From NCBI GenBank assembly GCA_964016885.1, contig OZ024752.1, positions 43,090,001 to 43,154,000 on the forward strand: DNA of 64,000 nt. The letters are read 5' to 3'. Below the pieces are notes generated by a model. It was not told the DNA's origin. It saw only the letters and a list, made by a program, of their open reading frames with translations, and made no database searches. Source of the stretch: Eledone cirrhosa. Lineage: Eukaryota. Shown here one piece after another: positions 1 through 16,415 of the stretch. The translations under genes were made by a program, and so were the position numbers. The stretch's first letter is position 1. Every line of letters starts with the position of its first letter.

Positions 1-301
1 TTGTGGAAAGCGAAACTAGAAAATAAAAGAACAATATATGTGTATGTATTTATGAATGTGTGTATATATGTATATGCTATATGTGTATATACTTATAAAT
101 ATAGTCGTGTGTGTGTGTGTGTGTGTGTGTGCGTTTGTGTGTGCGTGTGTGTGTGTGTATGACTTCTACGTGACTAGAACTGTTTCATACAAAAGAAATC
201 ATCAGTTTTCCTGATGATTCCTTTTGAATGAAACAGTTCTAGTCCTGTAGAAGTCATTTATATATTAAACTTCATGTTCACACTCTACTAATGTATTGAT
301 A

Positions 302-354
<53 letters not shown>

Positions 355-383
355 ATCAAAAGATGGTTAAAAGAGTTCCATGT

Positions 384-450
384 ATTTTATTATGCGCATT
401 TCAAAAGCAAATATCATCATGCAATAATATTTGTTTTCATCAGATAAAAT
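384..450 (-). ncRNA. Hammerhead ribozyme, family A (second copy at 28372-28440, minus)
   Basis: Minus strand: attttat CTGATGA [long stem II] GAAA TGCGCA TA|ataaaat; 7-bp stem I and palindromic stem III. Confidence 0.75.
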
Positions 451-621
451 AGGAAGACATGATATGAAGGTTAAAAAACACTTGTGAATAGTGCAGTTTT
501 AAATCAACATATAACCATCTTTTGATCTTATATATTATATATACTCCAGTCCTACAAACTGTAGAGTGCTTCTTATCCGATATCTGCATTGCTTTATTGT
601 ACTACAATAAAACTCACCTCC

Positions 622-656
<35 letters not shown>

Positions 657-930
657 GATATTAAATAAATGGGAACTATATTTATAAAACCATATTTATT
701 TCACTATATATATTTCAGGGATATCATATTAAAAATATGGTATGCCTTCATCAGACAAAATACAATATAAAAAGTCTTATAAATAGATAGATTTGACATA
801 CCTTACAACTTCAACTTCCATTTAAAAAGTTGATATTTAATATCGTAAATATACTCCAAATACTTGTTGAGTGCTTTTATATCAGTTATAAATATTTACT
901 CGTTGTAACCCAACAATTTAAATAAAACTT

Positions 931-964
<34 letters not shown>

Positions 965-1803
965 AGAGAATACATGAAAAGAACATGCTTTTTCATTACA
1001 TGTCCTTTACTCCGTTGCTTCATTTGATATATATATATATATATATATAATTCGTTTTGCAAGATAATAGTTGTGGTGTAGTCAGCCACTAGGTGAAACT
1101 TGTATTGCAAGCAACGAAAACTGAAGCATCCGGCTCAAGAACACAACTGACCCCGTCGGAGTAGATATTGAGCCTCCGATATTGATATGCAGATATTGAT
1201 CCCCACACTCAAATCACTACATGACTCAGCTCTTTCGCCCAATTCGGCCATCCTTCTAAAGTGTATGTCTTGTGTGCCTAACAAAGATGACTAGAGAGAT
1301 GTGTCATTGATAATTAACTGAAAAACTTAATTGTTTTCTCTTAAATCACAAACTACTCCCTCGGGAAATTAAACCTTTATCTAATCACTCATTGTAACGT
1401 ATAGCTATCTGAGTACAAAATGGCGTCCAATGGAATCAATTATATATGTGTGTGATGTTAGAAATACAGATTGCTTAGACATTAGATTACTATATATGTC
1501 AAATAGTCAAATGAAACGCATTTGGAAATAAAGTAGCCATCAATAGTTTCAAAAGGCTTTATAGTGCTTTGGGGAAGAGGAATTTGTTTCAACATGGATT
1601 CCAACAGATTGGAGCGTAGATTCGGTGCTGTTTCAACATAGTTTGAACGTTCAAGTCATTGCTGGGGGTTTAACCCTGAGATGGACTGGCGTCCTGTCCA
1701 GGGGGGGTGGGGGGGGGCTTGTACTCTCAGTCGTTTCACGCCATGAAACCGGGATAAGCACCGGCCAGATGAGCCTTCTGGCTTAAGACAGACTTTAGAC
1801 TTT

Positions 1804-1875
<72 letters not shown>

Positions 1876-1885
1876 GTGGGTGTGT

Positions 1886-1965
<80 letters not shown>

Positions 1966-2048
1966 TGTGTGTGTAAAAGGTAAACAGAAATAACAACACA
2001 ATCGGTACAGTATATGGAAGGAATATATTAGTTTAACGCTTGAAATAG

Positions 2049-2102
<54 letters not shown>

Positions 2103-2261
2103 GTTATTCCGGGTTGAATCGGAGGTAACCACAGTAAGTAAGGTACTCAATACATAGCAGAGTATAAAAGTTTTAATATAGATGAGATTCTACAGGACTA
2201 GAACTGTTTCATTCCTGATGATTTCTAAAGAATGAAACAGTTCTAGTCCTGTAGAATCTCA

Positions 2262-2337
<76 letters not shown>

Positions 2338-2589
2338 GAAACACACAGATACATGCGGACACACACATATATACATGAGTGCATCCGCACCCAACTGTGA
2401 GTTAAGGGTGCCAACTTCACCGATGTTGCTCAATGAATGACTGGGACAGACCAATTCAGTTTGAACTAGACTGAACCAGTATCAGAGTTAAAAATACATT
2501 ATGAAGAGAGAAGAAACATTTAGATATAATTAGTAATAAAATGTATCATACCTAAACTGTTCCTAAATTCCTCGACTACGTAGTTTCGT

Positions 2590-2679
<90 letters not shown>

Positions 2680-2732
2680 CCATTGATATTTTTATATTCA
2701 TGTTATTTAAAGATGTTATATACCAGATAGAT

Positions 2733-2956
2733 GGTGGGATTGGCAGTATAGGTAGAGGGTCGGACGCCATGCTTTGCAGCATAGAGTTACGGCTCTTTAT
2801 GATCTGAGCTCAAATCCCGCCGAGGTTAACTTTGCCTTTTATCCTTACGGGGGTCGATAAAATAAAGTACCAGTCACGCACTGGGGTCGATTTAATCGAC
2901 TTTCCCCTCCCCCCCCCCAAAAAAAGATTACTGGCCTTGTGTCTATATAAGAAACC
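2733..2956 (+). mobile_element. tRNA-derived SINE family 1 (Meta-domain-like core), full length
   Basis: B-box-like gagctcaaatccc; core ttaactttgccttttatccttacgggggtcgataaaataaagtaccag; 18-bp TSD gttatataccaRatagat at 2715-2732 and 2957-2974. Confidence 0.85.
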
Positions 2957-4503
2957 GTTATATACCAAATAGATATAACTTCATTTGGGAGCTTCTGAAG
3001 CGATCGATTGAAACCGTCCTCATAATCTCGGCCACGTTGTCTACTATTTTACTCTTTTACTCTTTTACCTGTTCAAACCATCCGGCTGAGACCATGTTGG
3101 GGCACCGCCATTGTTGCTACACATTCTATCTCCAGCCTGTATTGGCTGGCAATTGGTACAAAACTTTTCTCTCTCTCTCTCAGCTAACTCCTACTCCTCC
3201 AATAATTTTTTTTCACTTTCTATATAACTTTTCAAATATCCTAGATCTTTATTGTCAAATAATTCCTCCTCCCCCCCCCCCCCCCCTCCTCTCCTTATTT
3301 TAATAGACATCGCCAAACTGAATACAATTCTATTTATAAATGGTAGCAAATGCTCTGGATACTAGCAGCTACAAGCAAAACAAAGCAAAATTAATAACAA
3401 ATAATACATTAAAAACACGTAAAAAAAATATAAAATATGAAATTTTCCAAAATAGCAATTTCCAATATTTGCTGATAACTGAGGAAGAAAATTCTTTATT
3501 TTTCTTTGTTGTTTTTTGTTTTTTTGTTTTTTGTTTGTTTGTTTTTTTGTTACAAAAATATTGAAGAAATATATAAAATATTATAAAATATAAAACTAAA
3601 AACGTGTGATTGGTGGAGAGAATGAAAAGATGAGGTGCCATTTTAGTTATAAAAATATGAAAGCGTAAATTGATATAGAGGTGGGAAGAAGGTGAGGAGA
3701 GGGTGAAGAGAAGGTGGGGGAGAGGGTGGGGAGAAGGTGAGGAGAGGGTGGGGAGAGAGGGAGGATATGGTGGGGAGAGAGTGAGGAGAAGGTGGGCAGA
3801 GGGTGAGGGGAGGGAGGGGGAGAGTAAGAGTGTTATGAAAGCCAAAGGCCGAGATTAACTTTGTCTTTCATCCTTACGGGGGTCGATAAAATAAAGTACC
3901 AGTAATGCACTGGGATAATTGCTGGCCTTGTGCCTAAAAGTAGAAACAATTATATATTATATAAAAAAAAAGCAAAGATTTAGAGAGAGAGAAATAAGAG
4001 AGAGAGAAATATATTATATAAAAAAAAAGCAAAGACTTAGAGAGAGAGAAATAAGAGAGAGAGAAATAAGAGAGAGAGAAATAAGAGAGACAACGAGGAA
4101 TATTTGTAGAATTATCAACTGAACTAAACTCAAAATATGGCGACAAAATATAATTAGTATATATATATGTACACAGACTCTCTCTCTCTCTCTCTCTTTT
4201 TCTTTCTCTATCTTGGAATTCATTCAATACATAATTTTTATTTTCTCTCCCTCGTTCAATCTTTCTTTTTCTTTGAATTCCTTCATTTTCACACGTTTTT
4301 TTTTATATATCTTCCCCCTCTTTTACTTTTTACTTTTGTTTTATTCTTATTTTTCGATTGACTACTTTTTTATTTATTTTTTTTGCACTGAGAAAATTTC
4401 TGATTTCCAAATTCCTCCCTATGTCATAAAAAAATAAGATAAGATAAAGTAAAAATAGAATAGTCTTATGCAAACACACACACACATATACATATATATA
4501 TAC

Positions 4504-4536
<33 letters not shown>

Positions 4537-4603
4537 CATATAAATATACATATATATGCATATATATATATATATATATACATATATATATACATATATA
4601 TAC

Positions 4604-4634
<31 letters not shown>

Positions 4635-4832
4635 CATATATATACATGTGTGTGTATTAAGTTGATCGATAACAAATTTCTATATTAGAGCAAAACAGAC
4701 TTGGCTTCCCATTTTTTATCAATAATTTATTATGGCCGGAACTGATTTCTCTAGGGAATTTACAAAAGTGCACCGTGTATGAGATACCCAAATTAAATTT
4801 ATCAATAAACATTTTGTATATATGTGTGGTGG

Positions 4833-4948
<116 letters not shown>

Positions 4949-5251
4949 GGGTGTTCGTGGGGAGTGTAGTCGCTCGTGTAGATGTGTGTTAAGGGTGTGT
5001 TTGTAGGTGTACGTGTTAGTATGTAGGGTGTGTCTGTTAGTGTATGCCTTCATCTGTCTTTGTGTGTAGAATGTGTTGATATGTATGTTTGCATGCGTGT
5101 GTATATATGTGTATGTGTATTAGTGTGCATATGTCCATGTTAGTGTTTATCTGTGTGTGTGTGGTGTGTGAAAGTTTTGTAAGAGAGAGAGAGTGAGTGT
5201 ATGTGTGTGTGTGTGTGTGTGTGTTGTGTAAGTTTGTGTAAGAGAGAGAGG

Positions 5252-5296
<45 letters not shown>

Positions 5297-5404
5297 AAGT
5301 TTGTGTAGGAGAGAGAGAGTGAGTTATGTGTGTGTGGTGTGTGCAAGTTTGTGTAAGAGAGAGAGAGTGTGTGTGTGTGTGTGTGTAAGTTTGTGTAAGA
5401 GAGA

Positions 5405-5435
<31 letters not shown>

Positions 5436-5594
5436 CAAGTTTGTGTAAGAGAGAGAGAGTGTGTGTGTGTGTGTGTAAGTTTGTGTAAGAGAGAGTGAGT
5501 GTATATGTGTGTGTATGTGTGTGTGTAAATTTGTTGAAAAGAGAGAGAGTGAGTGTATGTGCGTGTGTGGTGTGTGCAAGTTTGTGTAAGAGAG

Positions 5595-5794
<200 letters not shown>

Positions 5795-6393
5795 TGACTA
5801 CCAGTCTGTCACGTGAACAGCATAGCCAAGGAGGCCTGGTCTATTTTCACTTTCAGACAACCATTTTATTTTGGATATATCCATGGTTGACAGCAATATT
5901 ACCTTCACCATTCTTCCCGACATCCCATGTCGAATCAATCAAGCGTTTGTTTCTAAAGTGTCGTTGTCAGTTGCAAGAATTCAGAACGTAATCACTTTAG
6001 GTTTGACCTTGATTATCTCCCTTCACTACCTCTCCTCTCTCTTCTCTCAACTCCTTGCTATATTTCTGTTCAAATTGACAGCTAATTCGGAGACATGTGA
6101 GGCATAAACCATGGCATGGCAATACCTTGAAATAACTCTATTAGAAATTACCACTAAATGATATAATTGGCTATTTTCTAAGCTGTGTAAACTATAGAAA
6201 GAAAATAAATAGATAAATAACTAAATAAATAAATAAAAATACATTTTATTGGCGCAGAAATGGCTGTGTGGTTAAGATGTTCACTTCGCAACCAAGTGAT
6301 TTCAGGTTTAATGGTTTCCTGGCACCTTCGACAAGTGAAGTGTATTCTACTATTGTACTATTGTCTTGGAAACCTATATAGAAGAAGCCCGTC

Positions 6394-6451
<58 letters not shown>

Positions 6452-6687
6452 GACGTAAAATAAGAAAATTTTTAAAAAAATTAAAAATTAACTTACTAAA
6501 ATTTTCACTCCAACTAATTAGTTTCTGTAATGGGATAAAGATAGTTACGTAATGTAACCATCGAGAATTTATTACGTCATCAGGGAGTCTATTCTCAGCT
6601 AAGTCTCCAGGCAATGCGCGGACACTAGGGACTCATATAAAAATAATAATAATTCGGTGGATGTACGCATATGTTGGTAGATATACT

Positions 6688-6773
<86 letters not shown>

Positions 6774-7017
6774 CGAAGGAAATGTGGTAAGGAACCAGGT
6801 GGACCATACCACATTTCCTTCGTTATCTAGCTCCTATTCCCGTAGTAGAGCACTTTCCGACACTACCACGCCGTATCCAGACTTTTCCGCTAAGTTCAAG
6901 TTCTTTCACACGTTTCGGAAAATATTTCAACTTCGCTCGACTGGTAAAACCTTCTCCAGAAGGTTAATTAGCAGTCGAAACGGCTTGAGCTCAGCCGCCT
7001 GGGTCCTACTCGTTCCT

Positions 7018-7120
<103 letters not shown>

Positions 7121-7124
7121 TATA

Positions 7125-7202
<78 letters not shown>

Positions 7203-7206
7203 TATA

Positions 7207-7255
<49 letters not shown>

Positions 7256-7417
7256 AATTTCAGGTTATTAATAATATCGCTGCTTGCGTAATCAGAAGTG
7301 ACAACTGATTATACATTTGCTATCGAATACTTGCTAACATTATATGATTACGCAAGCAGCGATACATAGGTATTCCGTCTGTTACAGAAACATATGTCAA
7401 TACCTAATAAATTCCTT

Positions 7418-7700
<283 letters not shown>

Positions 7701-8400
7701 CATATATACATACAGATAGGGGTGGGGAGGGGGAAGGAAGAGAGAAATTCATATGTGTATCAATAAGATCGGTTGTCATCGATCTGTTTTGATCGTTAAC
7801 CTTGTGGTCCGGAAAACCTGTAAACTTTCATTTCAACTGACTGCTTATTTAATTAGTACTATCTTCGCTAAAATTAATTATTTAGAAATACCTCGGTTTT
7901 CTTGGCACGATTGCTAAGGTGTCGTCATGATGCATGACGATGGTACTCACATGAAGCAATGTTATGCAATGATTTAATTTCGATTCGGTTCAGCTTTTCA
8001 AATTGAAAATCCTCCGAGATTATCCGCCATTGCTACCACTGAACGTGATGTGTGTTTGAGTGTTTAAATCGATGTTGCCTTACATAAGCCGTGATAAGAA
8101 TACCATAGAACAGAACAACCTATGTAATTCCTTCCAAATCTACAAGAAAATGTACTAATTTGTTTTAGTTTAATTTAGGAAAGAGAGTCTTGTTTAAATT
8201 CAGCTTAAAAGAAGAAAGACTGTGGAACCGTGTTATGCCATTGCTGCTTGCAGTTCGTATTCACAGCATAAAATCTGTCTACGTCTATATATGTATGTAT
8301 ATATATGTGTATGTATGTATGTATATGTATGTATGTATGTATGTATATATATGCGTATGTGTGTGTGTATACACATTTTATGTTTACACATATATATGTA

Positions 8401-8492
<92 letters not shown>

Positions 8493-8497
8493 TATGA

Positions 8498-8572
<75 letters not shown>

Positions 8573-8754
8573 TATATATATATATATATAAATATATATA
8601 TATATATTTCGTTTCTGAATTTGTTTAGCAAGATTCTTTATCTGAAATCGTGTGTTGAAACCGATATTGTTATACTTTGGGAGGGTCAAAGTATAACAAT
8701 ATCATGTTGCCAATTCTTATTGGCAACATGACCCTCCCAAAGTATAACAATATA

Positions 8755-8874
<120 letters not shown>

Positions 8875-8998
8875 TAGATAGATGGATGGATGGATAGATA
8901 TTTATATATATATATACATACATACACACATATATACATATATATGTATAAATACATGCATAAATATATATATGCGTTTGTATATGCATGTGTAAGTA

Positions 8999-9071
<73 letters not shown>

Positions 9072-9309
9072 TGCCTTTGTCTGTGTAAGTGTAAGTGTAT
9101 ATATTCCTATATGTGAATATATATCACAGGTACACCCCAAAAAAACTGTATGCGTGACTTTTATATTTCACGAATTAGGTATCTGAACATCAGAAGTTAA
9201 TTATTTAGTTTAGTTCTATTAATAACCATAAAAACCAATATTTAAACACTTTTCTGATCAGAAATCGATACAGTATTTCAATGAAAATACTGTAATCCTA
9301 ATAATTGTA

Positions 9310-9340
<31 letters not shown>

Positions 9341-9673
9341 ATTGTTTAATTGAATTCGGAGAAAACAATTTTAGTACTTCGATATTTTTCAGCAAATTCT
9401 TCCATTTTTTTTTTTTTTAGGTTTCATTAATATTAATTATGTCTTACAATATTGGAGGGGGTTGGTGGGTGGTTGAAGGATGGCAAGGAATTAGAGGATG
9501 ACAGGGGATGAGAAGGAGGTAGAGGGGGTGTGAGGAAGGCAGAGGATGAGAGGATGACAGGGGTGAGAGGATGGGAAGGATGAGTTAATATTTCTTTTTG
9601 TGGGATTCACACACTTCATAATGATATTATATCCATATAAGTATATATATATATATGTGTATGTGTGTGTATT

Positions 9674-9716
<43 letters not shown>

Positions 9717-9867
9717 AAAGGTTCTATTTAAATTGTTGGGATACAACAAGAAAATATTTTTATAACTGATATAAAGCAGTATCTCGGACTACTCGGGAGC
9801 TTCCAACAGTAATGGTTGCATTCTTTAAGGGTATGTCAATATTTATTTATAAAACTGCTCTATATTA

Positions 9868-9932
9868 TATTTTATCTGATGAAAGCACACCATAATTTAA
9901 CTTGGTGTCCTTGAAATATGTATAATGAAATA
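9868..9932 (+). ncRNA. Hammerhead ribozyme, family B (related motifs near 690-760 minus and 62247-62312 minus)
   Basis: tattttat CTGATGA aagcacacca..tggtgtcctt GAAA TATGTA TA|atgaaata. Confidence 0.65.
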
Positions 9933-9971
9933 AATATGGTTTTATAAATATAGTTTTCATTTATTAATATC

Positions 9972-10023
<52 letters not shown>

Positions 10024-10160
10024 GTTATTCCGGGTTGAATCGGAGGTAACCACAGTAAGTAAGGTACTCAATACATAGCAGAGTATAACAGTTTTAATAT
10101 AAATGAGATTCTACAGGACTAGAACTGTTTCATTCATTAGAAATCATCAGGAATCATCAG

Positions 10161-10211
10161 AGATTCCTGATGATTTCTAATGAATGAAACAGTTCTAGTC
10201 CTGTAGAATCT
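10161..10211 (+). ncRNA. Hammerhead ribozyme, family C (relatives near 161-258, 2180-2265, 15350-15465, 15667-15717, 33315-33410)
   Basis: agattc CTGATGA tttc-taat-gaat GAAA CAG-ttctagtc-CTG TA|gaatct; all three stems close; GUA cleavage triplet. Confidence 0.8.
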
Positions 10212-10416
10212 CATCTATATATATATATATATATATCGTTGCTTTTCCATTAATATCCTCGTGAATTTAATGTTTTGCACCGTGAAACTGTACAGTTAGG
10301 GCCATTTGAATAGGTAAATATTTATATTATATTTTTTAATTTTGATTAATTTTAATTGTATATTAATTTTGATTTATTTTGAAAAATTGGTTGAATTTTA
10401 CTTGTTCTGCTTATCT

Positions 10417-10501
<85 letters not shown>

Positions 10502-11129
10502 TATATAAATATAAATATAGACTGTTAACGTTCTTTGTTGTGAACAACGCCGAGAGTTCACTCCGTGTGGAAAACTAGTTTTCAAAGTTACACAGAGTAT
10601 CTCGTGTGCAGCAAGTGATGTTTGTATTATTGTGGACATGCTTTTAATCGGAAGGAGAAAAAATATACTACTAAGAACTACAGAAAGAAGAGGGGTGGGG
10701 CTTTTAGTGTTACATGCTTCAAGAAAAAGTGTTATATAGCGAGAGAAACAATGTTTGTGTGTATATATATATATATGCGTATTTGTGTATATATATGTGT
10801 ATTTGTGTATGTGTGTATGTGTGTGTGTGTCTGTGTATGTGTCTCTGTGTATGTGTATACCTAACACTTTTTGTGAGTTGGACATTGTTATGTAGCAAGA
10901 GAAATATATATTAAAAAAACTACTAGCTAACATATACATATATCTGTGTGTGTATGTGTGTCTGTGCGCGTGTGTGCGTGCGTGTACGTGTGTGTATGTG
11001 TATGTGTGTACGTACGTATGTGTGTGTGTGTTCGGGCGTGCTTGAGCACGTGTATGTATGTGTATACTTAGTATGTGTGAGTGTATATCTATCGCTTTTG
11101 GGAGGGGGGGGGGGGCTGGAAAGTAAAAA

Positions 11130-11716
11130 AGATACACACACACACACACGTACACACACGTACACACACACATACACACACACGTACACGTACGCACACG
11201 CACGTACACACACACGCGTACACACACGCACGTACACACACGTACACGTACACGTACACACGTACACACACACACACACGTACACGTACGCACACGCACG
11301 TACACACACACGCGTACACACACGCACGTACACACACGTACACGTACACGTACGCACACGCACACGTACGTACACACACACACACGTACACACGTACACA
11401 TACACGTACACACTCACACGTACACACGTACACACACACACACACACACACACGTACACGTACACGTACACGTACACGTACACACTCACACGTACACACA
11501 CACACACACGTACACGTACGCACACGCACGTACACACACACGCGTACACACACGCACGTGCACACACGTACACGTACACGTACACGTACACACACGCACA
11601 CGTACGTACACACACACACACGTACACACGTACACATACACGTACACATACACGTACACACTCACACGTACACACGTACACACACACACACACACACACA
11701 CACGTACACGTACACA
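11130..11716. repeat. Compound (CA)n/(TACACG)n satellite
   Basis: Alternating purine-pyrimidine repeat; source of long pseudo-ORFs. Confidence 0.9.
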
Positions 11717-11871
11717 AGTGTATTTTCCTATTTTCCTTATTGAATTTTCTAAGAGATATATATCTTCTATATAATTGGCGGTGTTAAACATGTTGCGTTC
11801 GACTGTTACGGCTGAGAGATAAAAATATTTTCTGGTTTGGGTGGGGTTATTTTTTTTCCCCCCTTAGTTTT

Positions 11872-11939
11872 ATGCTGTCGTTGTTATGGTTATTGATGTG
11901 GCTGGTGGTGCTGGTGGTGGTGATGGTGGTGGTGATGGG
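11872..11939 (+). CDS. Coding exon 1 of the mosaic secreted gene: signal-peptide-like MLSLLWLLMWLVVLVVVMVVVM(G)
   Basis: Polypyrimidine acceptor (tttttttccccccttag, ending 11867), ATG at 11872, 22 mostly hydrophobic codons, and donor GG|gtgagg (phase 2) that matches the phase of the next exon. The upstream acceptor implies a further 5' exon, possibly UTR. Confidence 0.55.
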
Positions 11940-12081
11940 GTGAGGTTGTTTGGAATGGTTCTTCTCGTATGTTCTTCGGCTATAGAAATATATTTAGATT
12001 GATAATGTAAGAAAAGAAGAATATAGATCCTTTTTTTTCTGTTTACTATCATGTGCTCGAATGTATACAGCTTGCTGCATA

Positions 12082-12119
<38 letters not shown>

Positions 12120-12129
12120 TGGGGTAAGT

Positions 12130-12223
<94 letters not shown>

Positions 12224-12512
12224 CCAGAGTAACAAGACTCACTATCTAGCCATAATAAATGAATATATATATATATAACAACTAGATACAATCCTACCTA
12301 GCTATGTGTGCTTGCACACTTGTAAAAAGTATCCCCTGTAATTGTTTCATATGTTTATTTATATGTTAATCAATTTCTAGTTGTTATAAAATGCTCGGAC
12401 CTATTCATTGGAATCTTGGAGCTTATTTTACGGGTGATATGGCGCATGTCTTTTTGGCATGACACCCATAATTTTGATTTAGATTAAATTCATTTTGATT
12501 TATCTTAATTTT

Positions 12513-12569
<57 letters not shown>

Positions 12570-12874
12570 TATATATATCAATTACCCTCTCTCTGGAAAG
12601 AAACCAGCTTAATCCGACGAGGCGAGAGATAGGCTATGCCGGGTCGCCCCGTGTCATGATGTGTCCCTACAACTCTATCAGGAGTTAAGGGTACTATCCT
12701 TTCCTATGATAAAAGACGTTCGAGGAACCCCAAAATAGGATTGAACCAGACTCCATGTGATTAAGAAACGAATTTTTTAACCACACGGCCATACTTGTTA
12801 TCTTTAATGGCTGAAATATTTACGAACTTAATTCACGAATTCGATAACTTCCTTCGACTGATTTTCATAGACAG

Positions 12875-12912
12875 ATTTCCTTCTTCAAGTGTGAGCTATG
12901 GCAACACATCCG
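12875..12912 (+). CDS. Coding exon 2: (G)FPSSSVSYGNTS
   Basis: attttcatagacag|A...TCCG|gtcagc; 38 nt, phase 2 to phase 1, bridges exons 1 and 3 in frame; contains an NTS sequon. Confidence 0.5.
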
Positions 12913-13209
12913 GTCAGCGACTTATCTTAGCAGATATATATATCCACAACATTATCAACATTGACATTTATGGTCAACTATAAATGTCAGATGTTCTAAC
13001 ATTTTCGTGTGACCGTTCATTTATCTTGACTGAACGTTCGGTAAGGTTCACTCACATCGACAGACATGCATACTACTTTACGTATTGCCACATTTAAATA
13101 TCACAAACTTCGTGTTTTCAAGTGACACTTGACACACTGCCAAGTGGCAATTGACACTCTATCAAGTTCGAGACTCAGTAAACTAAGTTCAAGTTCTTAA
13201 ATATAGTAA

Positions 13210-13450
13210 TAGCAAATTTTAGAAGTTTTTCAATGGAATCGCAAATTTCAAAAGTTTTTTTATTGCAAATTTTAAAAGTTTTTAGAAGTTTTTAATTCAA
13301 TCGCAAATTTTTGAAGTTTCTTAATGCAATCGCAAATTTTAGACGATTTTTATTGCAAATTTTAAAAGTATTTTAAATGCAATCACAAATTTTAGAAGTT
13401 TTTAAATGCAATCGCAAATTTTAAAAGTTTTTTTAAATGCAATCGCAAAG
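13210..13450. repeat. Degenerate ~30-bp minisatellite (gcaaattttagaagtttttaaatgcaatc)
   Basis: About 8 variable units visible. Confidence 0.8.
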
Positions 13451-13743
13451 CATTGGCCAATCCGAGGCTGTAGTTGAAGACACTTATCTCAAGAGAGAAC
13501 ACAAAGGAATTAAACCTGGAATAACCACATTATTATGAATTTAACTTATTAACCACAGCCTTGTGAGTCAGCCATTTAGTCACTGATTGTTATGATGGTT
13601 ATGACAAAAATCGATATTCTGAAGAGGAAACAGACTAAAAAAAATAATAGGCCTTATGTTTATTTTATTTTCCAGGAATAAAATCGAAATTTAAATTTCT
13701 TGCTTCAAGGAACTTCAACAAAATGTGAATGGCAAAGTCATAT

Positions 13744-13867
<124 letters not shown>

Positions 13868-14751
13868 ACACACACATATATATATAAGAGAGTATTGAAG
13901 TTTGCTTGAAGCATTGTGGAATAATAAGATATTTTTTTGGTCGTTTTGGAAGCCTCAACAATGCAGATGGGTAAATCTCCGGGTAACAAGATCCGGTGGT
14001 GAAGAGAGAGATGTAAGGGAATGTAGAATGAGATGTATAGTGTGTAGAGGAACGTAGGAAAGAGCGTAAAAAATAAAAATAATAACATGAGATAGAGTTA
14101 CCTTGGGAGAGATTTAATTGTCCCTATATTTCGGATTCGCATCCATCAACTGGTTAGTTTTCCGGGGGGGGGGGGGAGTTATCTGTCGGAGAGGAACGGT
14201 ACGTGGCCTCTGCTGTCCACTGTTTGTATATATATATATGTATGTAAAAGGTAAACAGAAATAACAACACAATCGGTACAGTATATGGAAGGTATATATT
14301 AGGTTAACGCTTGATATAGAGGGAAGAGGGTCTTAATGTTTCGGACGCTAGTCATTCATCAGAAGAAAGAGTGAGAAATAAAATAGATTAAGGGGACGGG
14401 CGGGATGGAATTGGAAAACATGTCTTTAGATAAAAATAAGCCACAAATATATATATATGCATATATAAATAAATATATATGGTGATTTACAGCATGTACG
14501 TGTATGTATGTATATACACATATATACACGCATAAAAACTCATACACATACACACACAAACATACATACATACACACACACATACATACATACATACATA
14601 CATACATACATACATACATACATACATACATACATACATACATACATACACACAGACACGTATACACATACATGTACATATCAAATTCATTTAAATGATT
14701 CCAAATTATATAATAAAATAAAATAAAATAAAATAAAATAAAATAAAATAA

Positions 14752-14942
14752 TAATTGTTTCTACGTTTGGCACAAGGCCAGCAATTACCTCAGTGCATTA
14801 CTGGTACTTTATTTTATCGACCCCGTAAGGATGAAAGGCAAAGCTTACCTCGGCGGGATTTGAACTCAGAACATAAAGGGCCATAACTCTATGCTACAAA
14901 GCATGGCGTCTGACGCTCTACCGATATTGCCAATCCACCGCC
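14752..14942 (-). mobile_element. SINE family 1 copy
   Basis: Reverse complement of the 2733 element, inserted in an (AAAAT)n tract. A partial plus-strand copy lies at 3848-3952. Confidence 0.8.
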
Positions 14943-15298
14943 AAAATAAAATAAAATATGATAAAATTAAATTAAATATAATTAAATTCATTTATTACAG
15001 TTATATTTAATTTTCAAAGTTCGTCGACAAAAATGGCGGAATTTAAACTAATACAGATACCATTATCAGGAAACCACGTTTTGGCTGATTTATTTCTGCA
15101 TCTTCATTGATACAATGTTTTTTATAAAATCGATTTTAATCTTTTACTAGTTTAAATTTCAACAAATTTATTTTTATATATTTGAAATAATTTCATTTTA
15201 AATTTTTACTTCCTCTTTTATCTTTTAATGAAAAAAAATGTAAAATATTTAAATTGGTTTTTTGGCTTTTTAATAATTTATTTATTCATCATTATTCT

Positions 15299-15349
<51 letters not shown>

Positions 15350-15540
15350 TATAGATGAGATTCTACAGGACTAGAACTGTTTCATTCTTTAGAAATCATC
15401 AGGAATCAGATTCCTGGTGATTTCTAAAGAATGAAACAGTTCTAGTCCTGTAGAATCTCATCTATATTAAAACTTTTATACTCTGCAATGTATTGAGTAC
15501 CTTACTTACTGTGGTTACCTCCGATTCAACCCGGAATAAC

Positions 15541-15580
<40 letters not shown>

Positions 15581-15666
15581 GTGGGTCCCGGGTTGAGTCG
15601 GGGATAACCACAGTAAGTAAGTTACTCAATACATGGCATCGTAAAATATATTTATTGTATAGAAGG

Positions 15667-15717
15667 AGCTTCTACAGGACTAGTACTGTTTCATTCAGAT
15701 GAAATCTTCAGGAAGCT
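15667..15717 (-). ncRNA. Hammerhead ribozyme, family C variant
   Basis: Minus strand: agcttc CTGAAGA tttcatctgaat GAAA CAG-tactagtc-CTG TA|gaagct; stem I is covaried relative to the 10161 copy. Confidence 0.78.
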
Positions 15718-15718
15718 G

Positions 15719-15759
<41 letters not shown>

Positions 15760-16322
15760 TATATATATTATATATATATATAAGTGTGTGTGTTTGGGTA
15801 TGTATGTGTATATATATATATATGTATGTATGTATTATGTATATTATATATATATATATATATATATGTGTGTATGTATGTATTATGTATAGTATATATA
15901 TATATATATATATATAAACTTTAACCAGAGTTCAATCTGGGGTAACCACAGTAAGTAAGGTACTCAATACATAGCAAAGTATAATTGAAACAGTTCTAGT
16001 CCTGTAGAAGCCATTTCTTTATTAAATATATATATATATAATATGGTACATATATATATATATATAATAATATATATATGTATATATATATATATATGTA
16101 TATATATACTTATATATATATATACATACATATATATATAAGTATATATATACATATATATATATATATATACATATATATATTATTATATATATATATA
16201 TATGTACCATATATATATATGTACCATATATATATATGTACCATATTATATATATATATCTAATAAAGAAATGGCTTCTACAGGACTAGAACTGTTTCAA
16301 TTATAAATTATACTTTGCTATG

Positions 16323-16415
<93 letters not shown>

